DNA of 50,115 nt, from the NCBI GenBank assembly GCA_038061225.1, contig JBBTZT010000003.1, forward strand, positions 60,977 to 111,091, written 5' to 3'. The stretch comes from Patescibacteria group bacterium. GTDB lineage: Bacteria > Patescibacteriota > Microgenomatia > UBA8517. The position numbers and the translations under genes were made by a program. The notes below the pieces were generated by a model that saw only the letters and a list, made by a program, of their open reading frames with translations, was not told the origin of the DNA and made no database searches. Positions within the stretch are counted from its first letter, which is position 1. Each line of letters starts with the position of its first letter. Shown one piece after another: positions 1 to 8,563 of this stretch.

Positions 1-2
1 TT

Positions 3-167
3 TTTAATTATGAAGGAAAAGTAATTGCCCAAGGCAGAGAGGGATCAAAAATGTATTTTAAGGAAAATCCAAAATTTGCAGATGAAATAGAAAAGAAGAT
101 AAGAGAAATTTCCACTTCAGGTAAAAAACTTCCAACTGAAATTGGTGAAGATAAGGAAGACGAATAA
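3..167 (+). CDS. recA: RecA, C-terminal fragment (gene starts before the window)
   Basis: Frame 3 reads [35 protein letters not shown]..., the RecA C-terminal motif, with TAA at 165-167. Followed by recX and rny, a known synteny. Confidence 0.9.
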   Translation, partial: [54 protein letters not shown]

Positions 168-191
168 TTTCTAATTACTCTAATTGACCTA

Positions 192-797
192 ATGCCCAAA
201 ATAACTTCAATCACTGCACAAAAGAACCAAAAGCGGGTCAATATAAATCTTGATGGTGTTTTTGGTTTTGGATTGGATCTTGAAAATTTTATAAAGTTGC
301 AACTAAAAGTATACCAAGAATTAAGTCAGGAAGAAGTAGATGAAATAATTAAAAAGGGAGAATTTCAAAAATGTTTAGATAAAGTTATTAATTTTGCAAT
401 GGTAAGACCAAGAAGTGAGCGAGAAATTAAGGATTATTACAGACGTAAAAAAACAGCAGAAAGTATACAAGAAGAATTAACTAATAAATTAAAAAAACTT
501 GAACTATTGGACGACATTAAATTTGCTCAGTGGTGGGTAGAACAGAGATTACAGTTTAAGAATAAGTCTAAGAAAGATATAACATTTGAATTAAGACAAA
601 AAGGAATAGATAGTAATACAATTAAAAACATATTAGATGATAGCGAAATTGATGAAGTAAAAATTGCAAAAGAATTAATATTTAAAAAACTATATAAATG
701 GAAAAAATATGATGAGAAAGAAAAAAAACAAAAAATATCTCAATATTTAGCAGGAAAAGGATTTGGTTGGAATGTAGTGAATGATGTGTTAAAATAA
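192..797 (+). CDS. recX: Regulatory protein RecX
   Basis: N-terminal ITSITAQK..RVNINLDG, RPRSEREI, LDDIKFAQWWV, C-terminal YLAGKGF; lies directly after recA. Confidence 0.92.
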   Translation: MPKITSITAQKNQKRVNINLDGVFGFGLDLENFIKLQLKVYQELSQEEVDEIIKKGEFQKCLDKVINFAMVRPRSEREIKDYYRRKKTAESIQEELTNKLKKLELLDDIKFAQWWVEQRLQFKNKSKKDITFELRQKGIDSNTIKNILDDSEIDEVKIAKELIFKKLYKWKKYDEKEKKQKISQYLAGKGFGWNVVNDVLK

Positions 798-839
798 CAA
801 AAGAAAAATAAAGAATATGAATATATTCTCCAGAAGTTT

Positions 840-2003
840 ATGACAACGAATAATGATTATATAAAAAAATTAGAATCTGTATCTAAAATGACTGCAGATG
901 AAGCAAAAAAGGCTTTACTTGATGAAGTACAACGTGATTTATCTTCTGAAATTGCAAAAAAAATAAGACAGGCTGAAGAAAGAATAAAACTTGAAGCCTC
1001 TGAAAAATCTCGCGAGATTTTAGCCGATGCTTTAAAGCATGGGGTAACTGCATTTGTGGCAGAATATACAGTATCTTCAATCATAGTTCCAAATGAAGAA
1101 GTAAAAGGAAGAATTATTGGAGCAGAGGGAAGAAATATCAGAAGTTTTGAAAAAGAAGCAGGTGTTGAAGTATTAATTGATGATACTAACGAAATTAGAA
1201 TTTCTTCTTTTGACTCAGTTAGAAGAGAAGTTGCAAAAAGAGCTTTGGAAATTTTGATAAAAGATTCAAGAATTCAACCTACTAGGATTGAAGAAGTAAT
1301 GAAATTAACAAGGGCTAATATGGAAGATGTTTTACTAGAAGAAGGTAAAAAGATTTCTGAAGAATGTGGAGTTTATAATTTATCTGTTGATTTACTAAAG
1401 CTTATTGGAAAATTTAAATTTAGAACTTCATATGGACAAAACTTGGGTCATCACACAATTGAAGAAACAAAGATAGGTATAGCAATTGCAGAAGAACTTG
1501 GTGCAAAAGTAGATGTAGTCAGACTCGGATGTTTACTCCATGATATTGGTAAGGTTGTAACAGATGAAGAGGGAAATCATATAGATGTAGGAGTAACTAC
1601 CGCTAAAAAATTTGGTATTCCTAAGGAAGTTGTTGCTGTAATTGCAGAACACCATGAAGATAAACCATTCTCTTCAATTGAAAGTTATATAGTCTGGATT
1701 GCAGATGCTGCGTCTGGCTCAAGACCTGGAGCTAGATATGAACCACATGAAGGTTATGTTAAAAGAATGGATAAAATTGAAGAAATTGTCAAAAACTTTA
1801 GTGGAGTTGAAACTGCTTATGCTTTCCAAGCTGGTCGAGATGTTAGAGTTTTTGTAGATCCAAATGAAGTGGATGATGACAAACTTACTATTTTAGTACA
1901 TGATATAGCAAGGAAACTTGAAAAAGAAGCAGAATATGCAGGTCAAATCAAAGTTACTGCAGTTCGTGAAGTTCGTGCAGTTGACACAACTAAAGCTAAA
2001 TAG
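840..2003 (+). CDS. rny: Ribonuclease Y (KH + HD domains), N-terminally short
   Basis: KH motif KGRIIGAEGRNIR, FRTSYGQN, HD motif LLHDIGK, ADAASGSRPGAR, AFQAGRDVRV. Confidence 0.95.
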   Translation: MTTNNDYIKKLESVSKMTADEAKKALLDEVQRDLSSEIAKKIRQAEERIKLEASEKSREILADALKHGVTAFVAEYTVSSIIVPNEEVKGRIIGAEGRNIRSFEKEAGVEVLIDDTNEIRISSFDSVRREVAKRALEILIKDSRIQPTRIEEVMKLTRANMEDVLLEEGKKISEECGVYNLSVDLLKLIGKFKFRTSYGQNLGHHTIEETKIGIAIAEELGAKVDVVRLGCLLHDIGKVVTDEEGNHIDVGVTTAKKFGIPKEVVAVIAEHHEDKPFSSIESYIVWIADAASGSRPGARYEPHEGYVKRMDKIEEIVKNFSGVETAYAFQAGRDVRVFVDPNEVDDDKLTILVHDIARKLEKEAEYAGQIKVTAVREVRAVDTTKAK

Positions 2004-2020
2004 TATATTAGCCATATAAC

Positions 2021-2296
2021 ATGACAAAAAGAGAAATAATTGAATTAGTTTCAAGGAAAGCTCATTTAACCAAAAAAGGTGCTGAGGAAGCAGTTGATGT
2101 ATTTTTGTCTGAAGTAGGTAGGGTTCTCTCCAAAGGTGAAAAAGTGGTTCTTTCGGGTTTTGGTACATTTAGAGTAATTTCAATGAAAGGTAAAACTGTT
2201 AAAATCCCAAAGACTGATAAGTTAGTCACAATCAAGACTCACAGAGCTCCAAAATTTACTCCAGGCAAAACTTTAAAAAGACAGGTAGCTAAATAA
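2021..2296 (+). CDS. hup: HU family DNA-binding protein
   Basis: MTKREII, GEKVVLSGFGTF, PKFTPGKTLK; 91 aa. Confidence 0.93.
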   Translation: MTKREIIELVSRKAHLTKKGAEEAVDVFLSEVGRVLSKGEKVVLSGFGTFRVISMKGKTVKIPKTDKLVTIKTHRAPKFTPGKTLKRQVAK

Positions 2297-2325
2297 AAAG
2301 TGCTATAAGTAAAAAGTGTTATAAT
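2294..2325 (+). promoter_or_regulatory. Tandemly duplicated extended -10 promoter (16-bp unit x2)
   Basis: taaaaagtgctataag followed by taaaaagtgttataat; the second copy is TGtTATAAT ending 6 nt before ATG 2332. Confidence 0.6.
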
Positions 2326-2331
2326 CTGTCC

Positions 2332-3195
2332 ATGGACAAGGCTATAATTGTTGATCGATTGTCATCAAAAGTTTTAAAAAAAATATCTTTTACTATACAG
2401 ACTGGAGAAATAGTTGGAATTATAGGTCCTAACGAGGCAGATAAAACTGCTTTAATGAAAATATTAGCAGGTCTTTCACCATCAACTTCAGGGTTTGTTT
2501 CTGTTTTAGACTTTGATCCTTATCAAAGAAATCAAAATTTTTTAAAGCAAATATCATTAGTTTTGAATCAAAAAAATGAATTATGGTGGAACTTACCTGC
2601 AATTTGTTTATTTGAATTAAATAAAGCTTTATATCAAATACCAGAAAGAGAATATAAAAAAAATCTAGATCAATTAATATCTTTATTTAACGTATCAAAA
2701 ATATTGAAGACTCCTGTTAATAAATTATCACTAATTCAAAGAACAAAAATGGAAATGATTGCAAGTTTAATACATAAACCTAAAGTTTTACTTTTAGATG
2801 AACCATTATTAAAAGATTTTGTTTTTGATTATAATCGAGAAAATGGAACAACTATTCTTTTATCATCTTCCTATATAGGTGATTTTACTGATTTATTAAG
2901 AAGAATAATAATAATTAGTGAAGGATCAGTTCTTTTCGACGGAGCAATGGAGGAGATAACAACCAAATTTGCAACAGAGAAAATAATAAAAGCTACTTTT
3001 TCTGAAGAGATAGATATTAAATCAATTGCTAATATTGGCACGATAAAAAAATATTCATTCCCCCGAATTTATATTTCAGTACCAAGAACAACAGTAACTT
3101 TTGCTGCAGCAGAATTATTACAAAATCATCCAGTTAATAATTTAGCGATTGAAGAATTTCCTATAGAAGAAATTATTAAAAATATTATTAAGTAA
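2332..3195 (+). CDS. ABC transporter ATP-binding protein with degenerate motifs
   Basis: ABC layout GEIVGIIGPN, LS-x-x-QR, LLLDEP; Walker A reads GPNEADKT and the H-loop His is absent. Confidence 0.85.
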   Translation: MDKAIIVDRLSSKVLKKISFTIQTGEIVGIIGPNEADKTALMKILAGLSPSTSGFVSVLDFDPYQRNQNFLKQISLVLNQKNELWWNLPAICLFELNKALYQIPEREYKKNLDQLISLFNVSKILKTPVNKLSLIQRTKMEMIASLIHKPKVLLLDEPLLKDFVFDYNRENGTTILLSSSYIGDFTDLLRRIIIISEGSVLFDGAMEEITTKFATEKIIKATFSEEIDIKSIANIGTIKKYSFPRIYISVPRTTVTFAAAELLQNHPVNNLAIEEFPIEEIIKNIIK

Positions 3196-3196
3196 T

Positions 3197-3805
3197 ATGA
3201 TTTATCATTATATTAAAATTTGGCTATCAGACTCAAAAAAAAATATCTCTTATCTTTCTGTGGTTGGAAAAATAATTGAATATTTAATATATTTTGTTAT
3301 TTTAAATTTAATTCTAAATAAAATTTATTTATCTCTAGTATTATTATATTTAATAATCTTTATTAAATATGTGTATAAAAATATATATATATTAAAACAA
3401 TTAACAAATTCTAATGATTTCATTTATCTTTTACTAAAACCAGCTAACCCAATCTATAGGATATTAATTTACGGATCAAATCCAATTGATTTAGTATTGT
3501 CAGCATTAATCATCATTATATTTTGTGCGAGTTTTCCAAGTAAGTTATTACTTGCATTTGGGTTATTAACTATTTTGTTTGCGCTTCATTTTCTTGTTTT
3601 GTCACTAACATTATTTATGAATTACAAATTGCCAATTGAAAAGATTTTACCATTAATTATTATTGTTTTTTTGCCTGTTGTTTTAAATAATTCTCTCATT
3701 GGCTTAACCAGTTTGATGGGTGTATTATCCACACTTTTATTTTCTATATCGCTTTTATTTTTATCGTTTAAATTATGGAACTATGCACTAAAAAACTTCT
3801 TGTAA
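3197..3805 (+). CDS. Membrane protein, probable divergent ABC-2 type permease
   Basis: Several hydrophobic segments, F-x-x-LLLKP-x-NP motif, C-terminal KLWNYALKNF; adjacent to the ABC ATPase. Confidence 0.65.
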   Translation: MIYHYIKIWLSDSKKNISYLSVVGKIIEYLIYFVILNLILNKIYLSLVLLYLIIFIKYVYKNIYILKQLTNSNDFIYLLLKPANPIYRILIYGSNPIDLVLSALIIIIFCASFPSKLLLAFGLLTILFALHFLVLSLTLFMNYKLPIEKILPLIIIVFLPVVLNNSLIGLTSLMGVLSTLLFSISLLFLSFKLWNYALKNFL

Positions 3806-4746
3806 TTTGTGGGCCAACTGCGACAGGTAAAACTTCACTTGGATTTTCATTGGCTAAAAAGTTTAACGGCGAAATTGTCTCAGCTGACTCTAGACAGGTT
3901 TATAAACACATGGATATAGGAACGGGTAAAGAATGGGATCCGCTTGTTGGCGAAGCTGGCGTAAAAATCTGGGGATATGATTTAGCAGAGCCAAGCGAAA
4001 ATTATAGTGTTTTCCAGTATTTTAAATCAATGAAATTTGTCATATCAGATATTTGGCAGAGAAATAAATTACCAATTATTGTTGGAGGGACTGGCTTTTA
4101 TATTAAAAGTTTAATTGATGGTATAGCAACAGTTGATGTCCCCAAAAATGAAAATTTAAGAACTAGTTTAGAAAAAATGAGTATAGATGAACTGTTTAAT
4201 AAACTTGCAGATCTTGATGGATCTAAAGCAGCTTCTTTAAATTCATCTGATAAAAAAAATTCAAGAAGATTAATTAGAGCCATTGAAATAGCTGTTTGGA
4301 ATACCCAACATGGAACTCAAAAGCAAATCGTAGAAAAAAGAAAGAAAGTTTTAGATAAAAATGTAGATTTATTAATAATTGGATTGTCAGCATCTCCTTT
4401 AAAAATATTAAATAATATAAAAAATAGAGTAGATAAAAGAATAAACGAAGGATTTATTTTAGAGGTTGAGAATTTACTAAGAATGGGCGTTTCGTGGCAA
4501 CACCAGTCAATGAAATCGCTAGGTTATAAAGAATCAGAGGCGTTTTTCAAAAAAGGATTAACGTATGAAGAATTTGTTAACCAATGGGTAAACAATGAAA
4601 TTAAATATACAAAACGACAAATGACTTGGTTTAAGAAAGACAAAAGAATTAATTGGTTTGACATAGATGGTATAAATTTTCATCAAAAAATAGCAAATCT
4701 GGTTAATAAATGGTATTCTTTAGATAAACATGATAAGAAAGGTTGA
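3775..4746 (+). CDS. miaA: tRNA dimethylallyltransferase
   Basis: GPTATGKT, SADSRQVYKHMDIGTGK, VGGTGFY, RRLIRAIEI, YTKRQMTWF. Confidence 0.97.
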   Translation: MELCTKKLLVICGPTATGKTSLGFSLAKKFNGEIVSADSRQVYKHMDIGTGKEWDPLVGEAGVKIWGYDLAEPSENYSVFQYFKSMKFVISDIWQRNKLPIIVGGTGFYIKSLIDGIATVDVPKNENLRTSLEKMSIDELFNKLADLDGSKAASLNSSDKKNSRRLIRAIEIAVWNTQHGTQKQIVEKRKKVLDKNVDLLIIGLSASPLKILNNIKNRVDKRINEGFILEVENLLRMGVSWQHQSMKSLGYKESEAFFKKGLTYEEFVNQWVNNEIKYTKRQMTWFKKDKRINWFDIDGINFHQKIANLVNKWYSLDKHDKKG

Positions 4747-5704
4747 AATTTCATATAAGACAATAATATTTACAGTAGTTTTTTTAGGATCTATATGGTT
4801 TCTTTATTTTATTCGAGATATTGCTTTGCAACTTTTTATAGCTTTACTTTTAGTTGCAATTTTGAATCCTTTTGTAAATAAACTATCTAAATTTAAGATT
4901 CCAAAGGGTATATCAGTACTTCTTTCCTATGTTTTAATTTTTGGATCATTAGGACTAACTGTTGCTTCTATCCTTCCACCTTTAATAATGCAAACTACAA
5001 ATTTTGCCAATAATTTTCCTATTTATTTTCATAATTTAGGGCTTCAGAATTATGCAAGTGAAGAAGTTTTTAAACAATTGGTCTCACAATTGGGTTCTGT
5101 ACCAAGTCAGATTATAAAAGCTGGATTTTCTTTATTTGGAAATATATTAAGTATCTTAACTGTGGCAATCTTTGCCTTTTATTTATTATTAATTAGAGAT
5201 AAATTTGATATAAATATAGAGTTTCTTTTTGGTAAAGAAAAAACAAAAGAGATTAATAATTTAATTAATATTTTAGAGAAAAGATTGGGTGGGTGGGCAA
5301 GAGGGCAATTCCTACTAATGCTAACTATTGGACTATTTAGTTATATTGGGTTTATATTGTTAGGTATTCCATACGCCTTACCTTTAGCATTATTAGCTGG
5401 AATATTTGAGATAATTCCATATATCGGACCGATTATAGCTGCAATACCTGCAATTATATTAGGTTTTAGTATATCTCCTTTTTTGGGTTTTATGTCGATC
5501 GGTCTTGCAATTTTAATTCAACAACTCGAAAATTATATATTAGTTCCAAAAATTATGGAAAAATCAACAGGTGTTTCACCAATTATCACATTGTTATCAC
5601 TAGCCGTAGGATTCAGACTTGCAGGAATTGTAGGAATGATTATCTCAATTCCAATAGTAATAATTATTCAAACTCTATTTCAGTATAAATATATAAAAGA
5701 CTAA
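4730..5704 (+). CDS. AI-2E (PerM/UPF0118) family transporter
   Basis: Multi-TM protein with WARGQ, IPYIGP, IQQLENYILVPKIM motifs. Confidence 0.9.
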   Translation: MIRKVEISYKTIIFTVVFLGSIWFLYFIRDIALQLFIALLLVAILNPFVNKLSKFKIPKGISVLLSYVLIFGSLGLTVASILPPLIMQTTNFANNFPIYFHNLGLQNYASEEVFKQLVSQLGSVPSQIIKAGFSLFGNILSILTVAIFAFYLLLIRDKFDINIEFLFGKEKTKEINNLINILEKRLGGWARGQFLLMLTIGLFSYIGFILLGIPYALPLALLAGIFEIIPYIGPIIAAIPAIILGFSISPFLGFMSIGLAILIQQLENYILVPKIMEKSTGVSPIITLLSLAVGFRLAGIVGMIISIPIVIIIQTLFQYKYIKD

Positions 5705-5736
5705 GAGTCTCAAACCTTTCGGCTTCTAGAGAAAAA

Positions 5737-6058
5737 TTCTAGAGAGTAATAAGCCAGATTCTGTATCTCGATAATCATCTATCTAATGCCCTCATACTTT
5801 AGGTCAGGAACACCTTGCGGTGTCGGGGAAGACATCCCTTTGACCAATTCGGAGGTTGCAGCGGGGAGGATTGCCTCCGCCAAAAGCGGATCAGCCTCGG
5901 GCTGACGTTTCATGTTTCTCGTCTCTGTTGCTCTAACTGGCTACATTTATCACTAAATGCATCTCTAGCTTACGCTAGACACCCTGTCTTCTGCTGTCTG
6001 GACTTTCCTCCCCACATAGCTCAAAGAGCGACGTGGGGCGATTATCTTCTCTCTAGAA
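5737..6058 (-). ncRNA. rnpB: RNase P RNA
   Basis: Minus strand has GAGGAAAGUCC (CR-I), ACAGAGA and UGAAACG (CR-II/III), ACAGAAUCUGGCUUAU (CR-V), and terminal helix UUCUAGAGAG/CUCUCUAGAA. TATAAT lies at 6069-6064; the region is a GC-rich island. Confidence 0.96.
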
Positions 6059-6091
6059 GCTGGATTATACCACTTTTGATATAATCATTAT

Positions 6092-6541
6092 ATGAAGGTT
6101 GTAGTTCAAAGAGTTAAAAGGTGTAAAATTGTTAGAAAAAAAGATAATCAAGTAATTGGAAGGGTTGGTTGTGGTCTTTTATTACTTTTGGGAATAAAAA
6201 AAGGTGATACAAAAAAGCAAGCTGATAGTTTATTAGATAAAATAATAAAACTTCGAATAATGGCTGATAATGATGGCAAAATGAATTTGTCAATTCAAGA
6301 TACTAATCTTGAAATTTTAGTTGTTTCTCAGTTTACTCTTTTAGCAAATACTAAAGATGGTAATAGACCTTCATTTATTGATGCAGAAGAACCAATAAAA
6401 GCAAAAGAATTATATGAATATTTTGTGACAAAATTGAAAGAAAAAAATGTTAAAGTAGAAACAGGAAGTTTTGGTGATTACATGAAGATTGAGGCAGAGC
6501 TAGATGGCCCAGTTACTATTATCTATGAAACAAAAAGTTAA
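6092..6541 (+). CDS. dtd: D-aminoacyl-tRNA deacylase
   Basis: MKVVVQRV, SQFTL, GNRPSF, DGPVT. Confidence 0.97.
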   Translation: MKVVVQRVKRCKIVRKKDNQVIGRVGCGLLLLLGIKKGDTKKQADSLLDKIIKLRIMADNDGKMNLSIQDTNLEILVVSQFTLLANTKDGNRPSFIDAEEPIKAKELYEYFVTKLKEKNVKVETGSFGDYMKIEAELDGPVTIIYETKS

Positions 6542-7133
6542 TATTATTTTAAGTGTTTTTTGGATAAGCATAATTTTTTCTAGTCTAATTATTGCTTTTT
6601 TAATGGTCTTTTCTGGTGGTTATAAAATTGGATACAATGATTCGCAAAACAAGATATCTGATTTATTAGATATACAAAAAAATTCTGCGGCGACAATTGA
6701 AAAAGGTGAAACAATAGTAGTCTATATAACCCCAAAACCGGCGCCTATTGCAAAAACATATCCAAAATGGGGAGGACCAGAACTTTGGGAAGTTGTTAAT
6801 AAAAAAAGAGTTGAATTTGGAGTTAACCCAATGTCAATTCGAGAAGAATTATGTACAATAGCCTCAATTAGGATAAATCAACTTTTAGAGCTTGGAAAAC
6901 TTGATGGGCATGAAGGGTTTGGAAAATTACCAGAAGAGAGAGCTGACATAAAATGGATTTTTGAAAAATACACCCTAAGTGAGTTTTTGGTTTCTGGGGC
7001 AAAGAGTCCAGCAGATGCTGTTTCTTTATGGGAAAATACATTGGGACATAAAAAACTTTTGTCGGGTGGAGAATATTCATGGGGTTGTATCTATGCCCAA
7101 AACAGTTTTGCAGTTGCAATAGCGGCCTATTAA
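6525..7133 (+). CDS. Membrane-anchored CAP/SCP domain protein
   Basis: N-terminal TM; VN-x-x-R, H-x-GF, W-x-x-x-x-GHKK-L pattern of CAP domains. ATG 6525 is preferred over 6504. Confidence 0.7.
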   Translation: MKQKVNIILSVFWISIIFSSLIIAFLMVFSGGYKIGYNDSQNKISDLLDIQKNSAATIEKGETIVVYITPKPAPIAKTYPKWGGPELWEVVNKKRVEFGVNPMSIREELCTIASIRINQLLELGKLDGHEGFGKLPEERADIKWIFEKYTLSEFLVSGAKSPADAVSLWENTLGHKKLLSGGEYSWGCIYAQNSFAVAIAAY

Positions 7134-7744
7134 ATTAATTTTTCTTTTTTTAAAAATTCAATTAGTTTTTTGGTTGTAGTATATTGACGGCCGATGGAGA
7201 CGAATAAACGATTTGTTTCTAGCCAATATTTAATTGGCATTATTTTAACAAGTTCTTTCTCTGTTTGCTCTGGAGTTTTTGTGTGAACCCAACCCAAAAC
7301 ATTGCAAATTCTATGGACATGAGTATCTACAGCTATAGCCGGTATTTTAAATGCACGATTTAAAACTAGATTTGCAGTTTTTCTGCCAACTCCAGGTAAT
7401 TTCATTAATTCCGCTTGTGTTAAGGTCGGACCTTTATACAGGATTTTTCTTACAAGGTCCGACCTTGAAAGTGTATAAAGATATTTTGCTTTGGTTTTAT
7501 AAAATCCTACCGGATAAATTGCTTTCTCTATTAACTTTATATCTTTATTACTTAATATTTTTAAGTTTGGAGCGATAGCGAACAAACGTCTTGATGCTTC
7601 AAGGGTTACTTCATCTTTAGTTCTTGAGGATAAAATTGTGGAGATTAATGTTTTGTAAGGGTTGCGACCAAACACTTCAAGAGGTACTAAATGATAGTTC
7701 CTCCTGAAGGTTTTGAACACTTTGCCAAAATTAGTTTCCGCCAA
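7130..7744 (-). CDS. nth: Endonuclease III (HhH-GPD glycosylase) lacking the Fe-S cysteine motif
   Basis: LISTILSSRTKD, GFYKTKA, HhH LPGVGRKTAN, AVDTHVHR. Probable start is TTG 7744 because the longer ORF-track extension overlaps the small gene at 7731-7868. Confidence 0.9.
   Translation of the reverse strand: MAETNFGKVFKTFRRNYHLVPLEVFGRNPYKTLISTILSSRTKDEVTLEASRRLFAIAPNLKILSNKDIKLIEKAIYPVGFYKTKAKYLYTLSRSDLVRKILYKGPTLTQAELMKLPGVGRKTANLVLNRAFKIPAIAVDTHVHRICNVLGWVHTKTPEQTEKELVKIMPIKYWLETNRLFVSIGRQYTTTKKLIEFLKKEKLI
7422..7466. repeat. REP-like double palindrome, copy 1 (inside nth)
   Basis: aaggtcggacctt (7422-7434), 19-nt spacer, aaggtccgacctt (7454-7466). Confidence 0.85.
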
Positions 7745-7868
7745 TTCTGAACATTGTTGTTCCACAAACTTCACAAACTGCTTTTGTTGCCTTTTTACCA
7801 TTCTTCATTGTTACAGCTTGTGCGTCTTTACCTTCTCTTTTTGTTCTACACTTTACGCAGTACATCAT
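7731..7868 (-). CDS. 45-aa zinc-ribbon protein (DUF5679-like), missing from the ORF track
   Basis: MMYCVKCRTKREGKDAQAVTMKNGKKATKAVCEVCGTTMFRIGGN; two CxxC pairs; strong SD GGGGGGTGA upstream. Confidence 0.9.
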   Translation of the reverse strand: MMYCVKCRTKREGKDAQAVTMKNGKKATKAVCEVCGTTMFRIGGN

Positions 7869-7889
7869 ATTAAATCACCCCCCTTGCTT

Positions 7890-8114
7890 TCACGAAAACC
7901 AGTATACCACTACAAGGCTAATTAGGATTAAAATAGCTACAGTAAGACTTTTAATGAGGTTGTTTTTGATTGAGCCTAAGTTGCTAGATTCAGCCGAGAT
8001 TTTGGTGTTATTTTTTTTATCAGCTTGATTATAAGTCTTGTTAAAATTGTATATAAATTGGGTATTGACATGCCTAAGTTTGGCAGCCATCTTTTGTTTT
8101 TTTGTTCTTTTCAT
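7890..8114 (-). CDS. Small basic protein with C-terminal TM helix (74 aa)
   Basis: MKRTKKQK...LIKSLTVAILILISLVVVYWFS; start 8114 avoids overlap with the divergent gene. Confidence 0.65.
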   Translation of the reverse strand: MKRTKKQKMAAKLRHVNTQFIYNFNKTYNQADKKNNTKISAESSNLGSIKNNLIKSLTVAILILISLVVVYWFS

Positions 8115-8142
8115 ATTCTTTAATTTAATATATTCTAGATTA

Positions 8143-8559
8143 GTGGATATTAATTTAATAGTAGAGATAATTACAATTACATGGCTTACCTTGCTTACAA
8201 TTTTTCTTGTTTGGATTTTAATTGTTTTTAAAGATTTAATTAAAATTTCTAAAAATAAAGAATTTAGCAATAATACAAAAGATATTAAAGAAATAAAAAC
8301 AGAACTTAAATCATTCATTAATTCTTCAGCTTCTCATATTCAAAAAGTTGGACTTGTTAAATTTAACCCATTTAAGGAAGCTGGTGGAAATAACAGTTTT
8401 TCTTTGGTTCTTTTAGATGGTAATAAAAATGGTATTATTATTACTAGCCTTCATACTCGTGAGAGAACAAGGTTGTATTTAAAAGATGTTATAAAAGGAA
8501 AGAGCAAAATAGAGCTTTCAAATGAAGAACAAAATGCGTTACAATTGTCTATGAAATAA
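8143..8559 (+). CDS. DUF4446-family protein
   Basis: N-terminal TM, then QKVGLVKFNPF-x-x-x-GG-x-x-SFSL-x-LLD, H-x-RE-x-x-R-x-Y-x-K, LSNEE. GTG start at 8143 inferred. Confidence 0.8.
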   Translation: MDINLIVEIITITWLTLLTIFLVWILIVFKDLIKISKNKEFSNNTKDIKEIKTELKSFINSSASHIQKVGLVKFNPFKEAGGNNSFSLVLLDGNKNGIIITSLHTRERTRLYLKDVIKGKSKIELSNEEQNALQLSMK

Positions 8560-8563
8560 AACA

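Noticed and set aside
5722-5746. Short duplication of the rnpB 3' P1 strand (gcttctagaga)
   Set aside because: It could allow an alternative terminal helix, but is too short to support a functional claim.
5815-6084. 89-aa Cys/Arg-rich ORF on the + strand
   Set aside because: It is antisense to the RNase P RNA; the open frame is a by-product of the GC-rich RNA gene.
7745-8318. ORF-track N-terminal extensions of nth, 7890-8318 and 8038-8559
   Set aside because: They overlap better-supported genes; shorter starts at 7744, 8114 and 8143 remove the conflicts.
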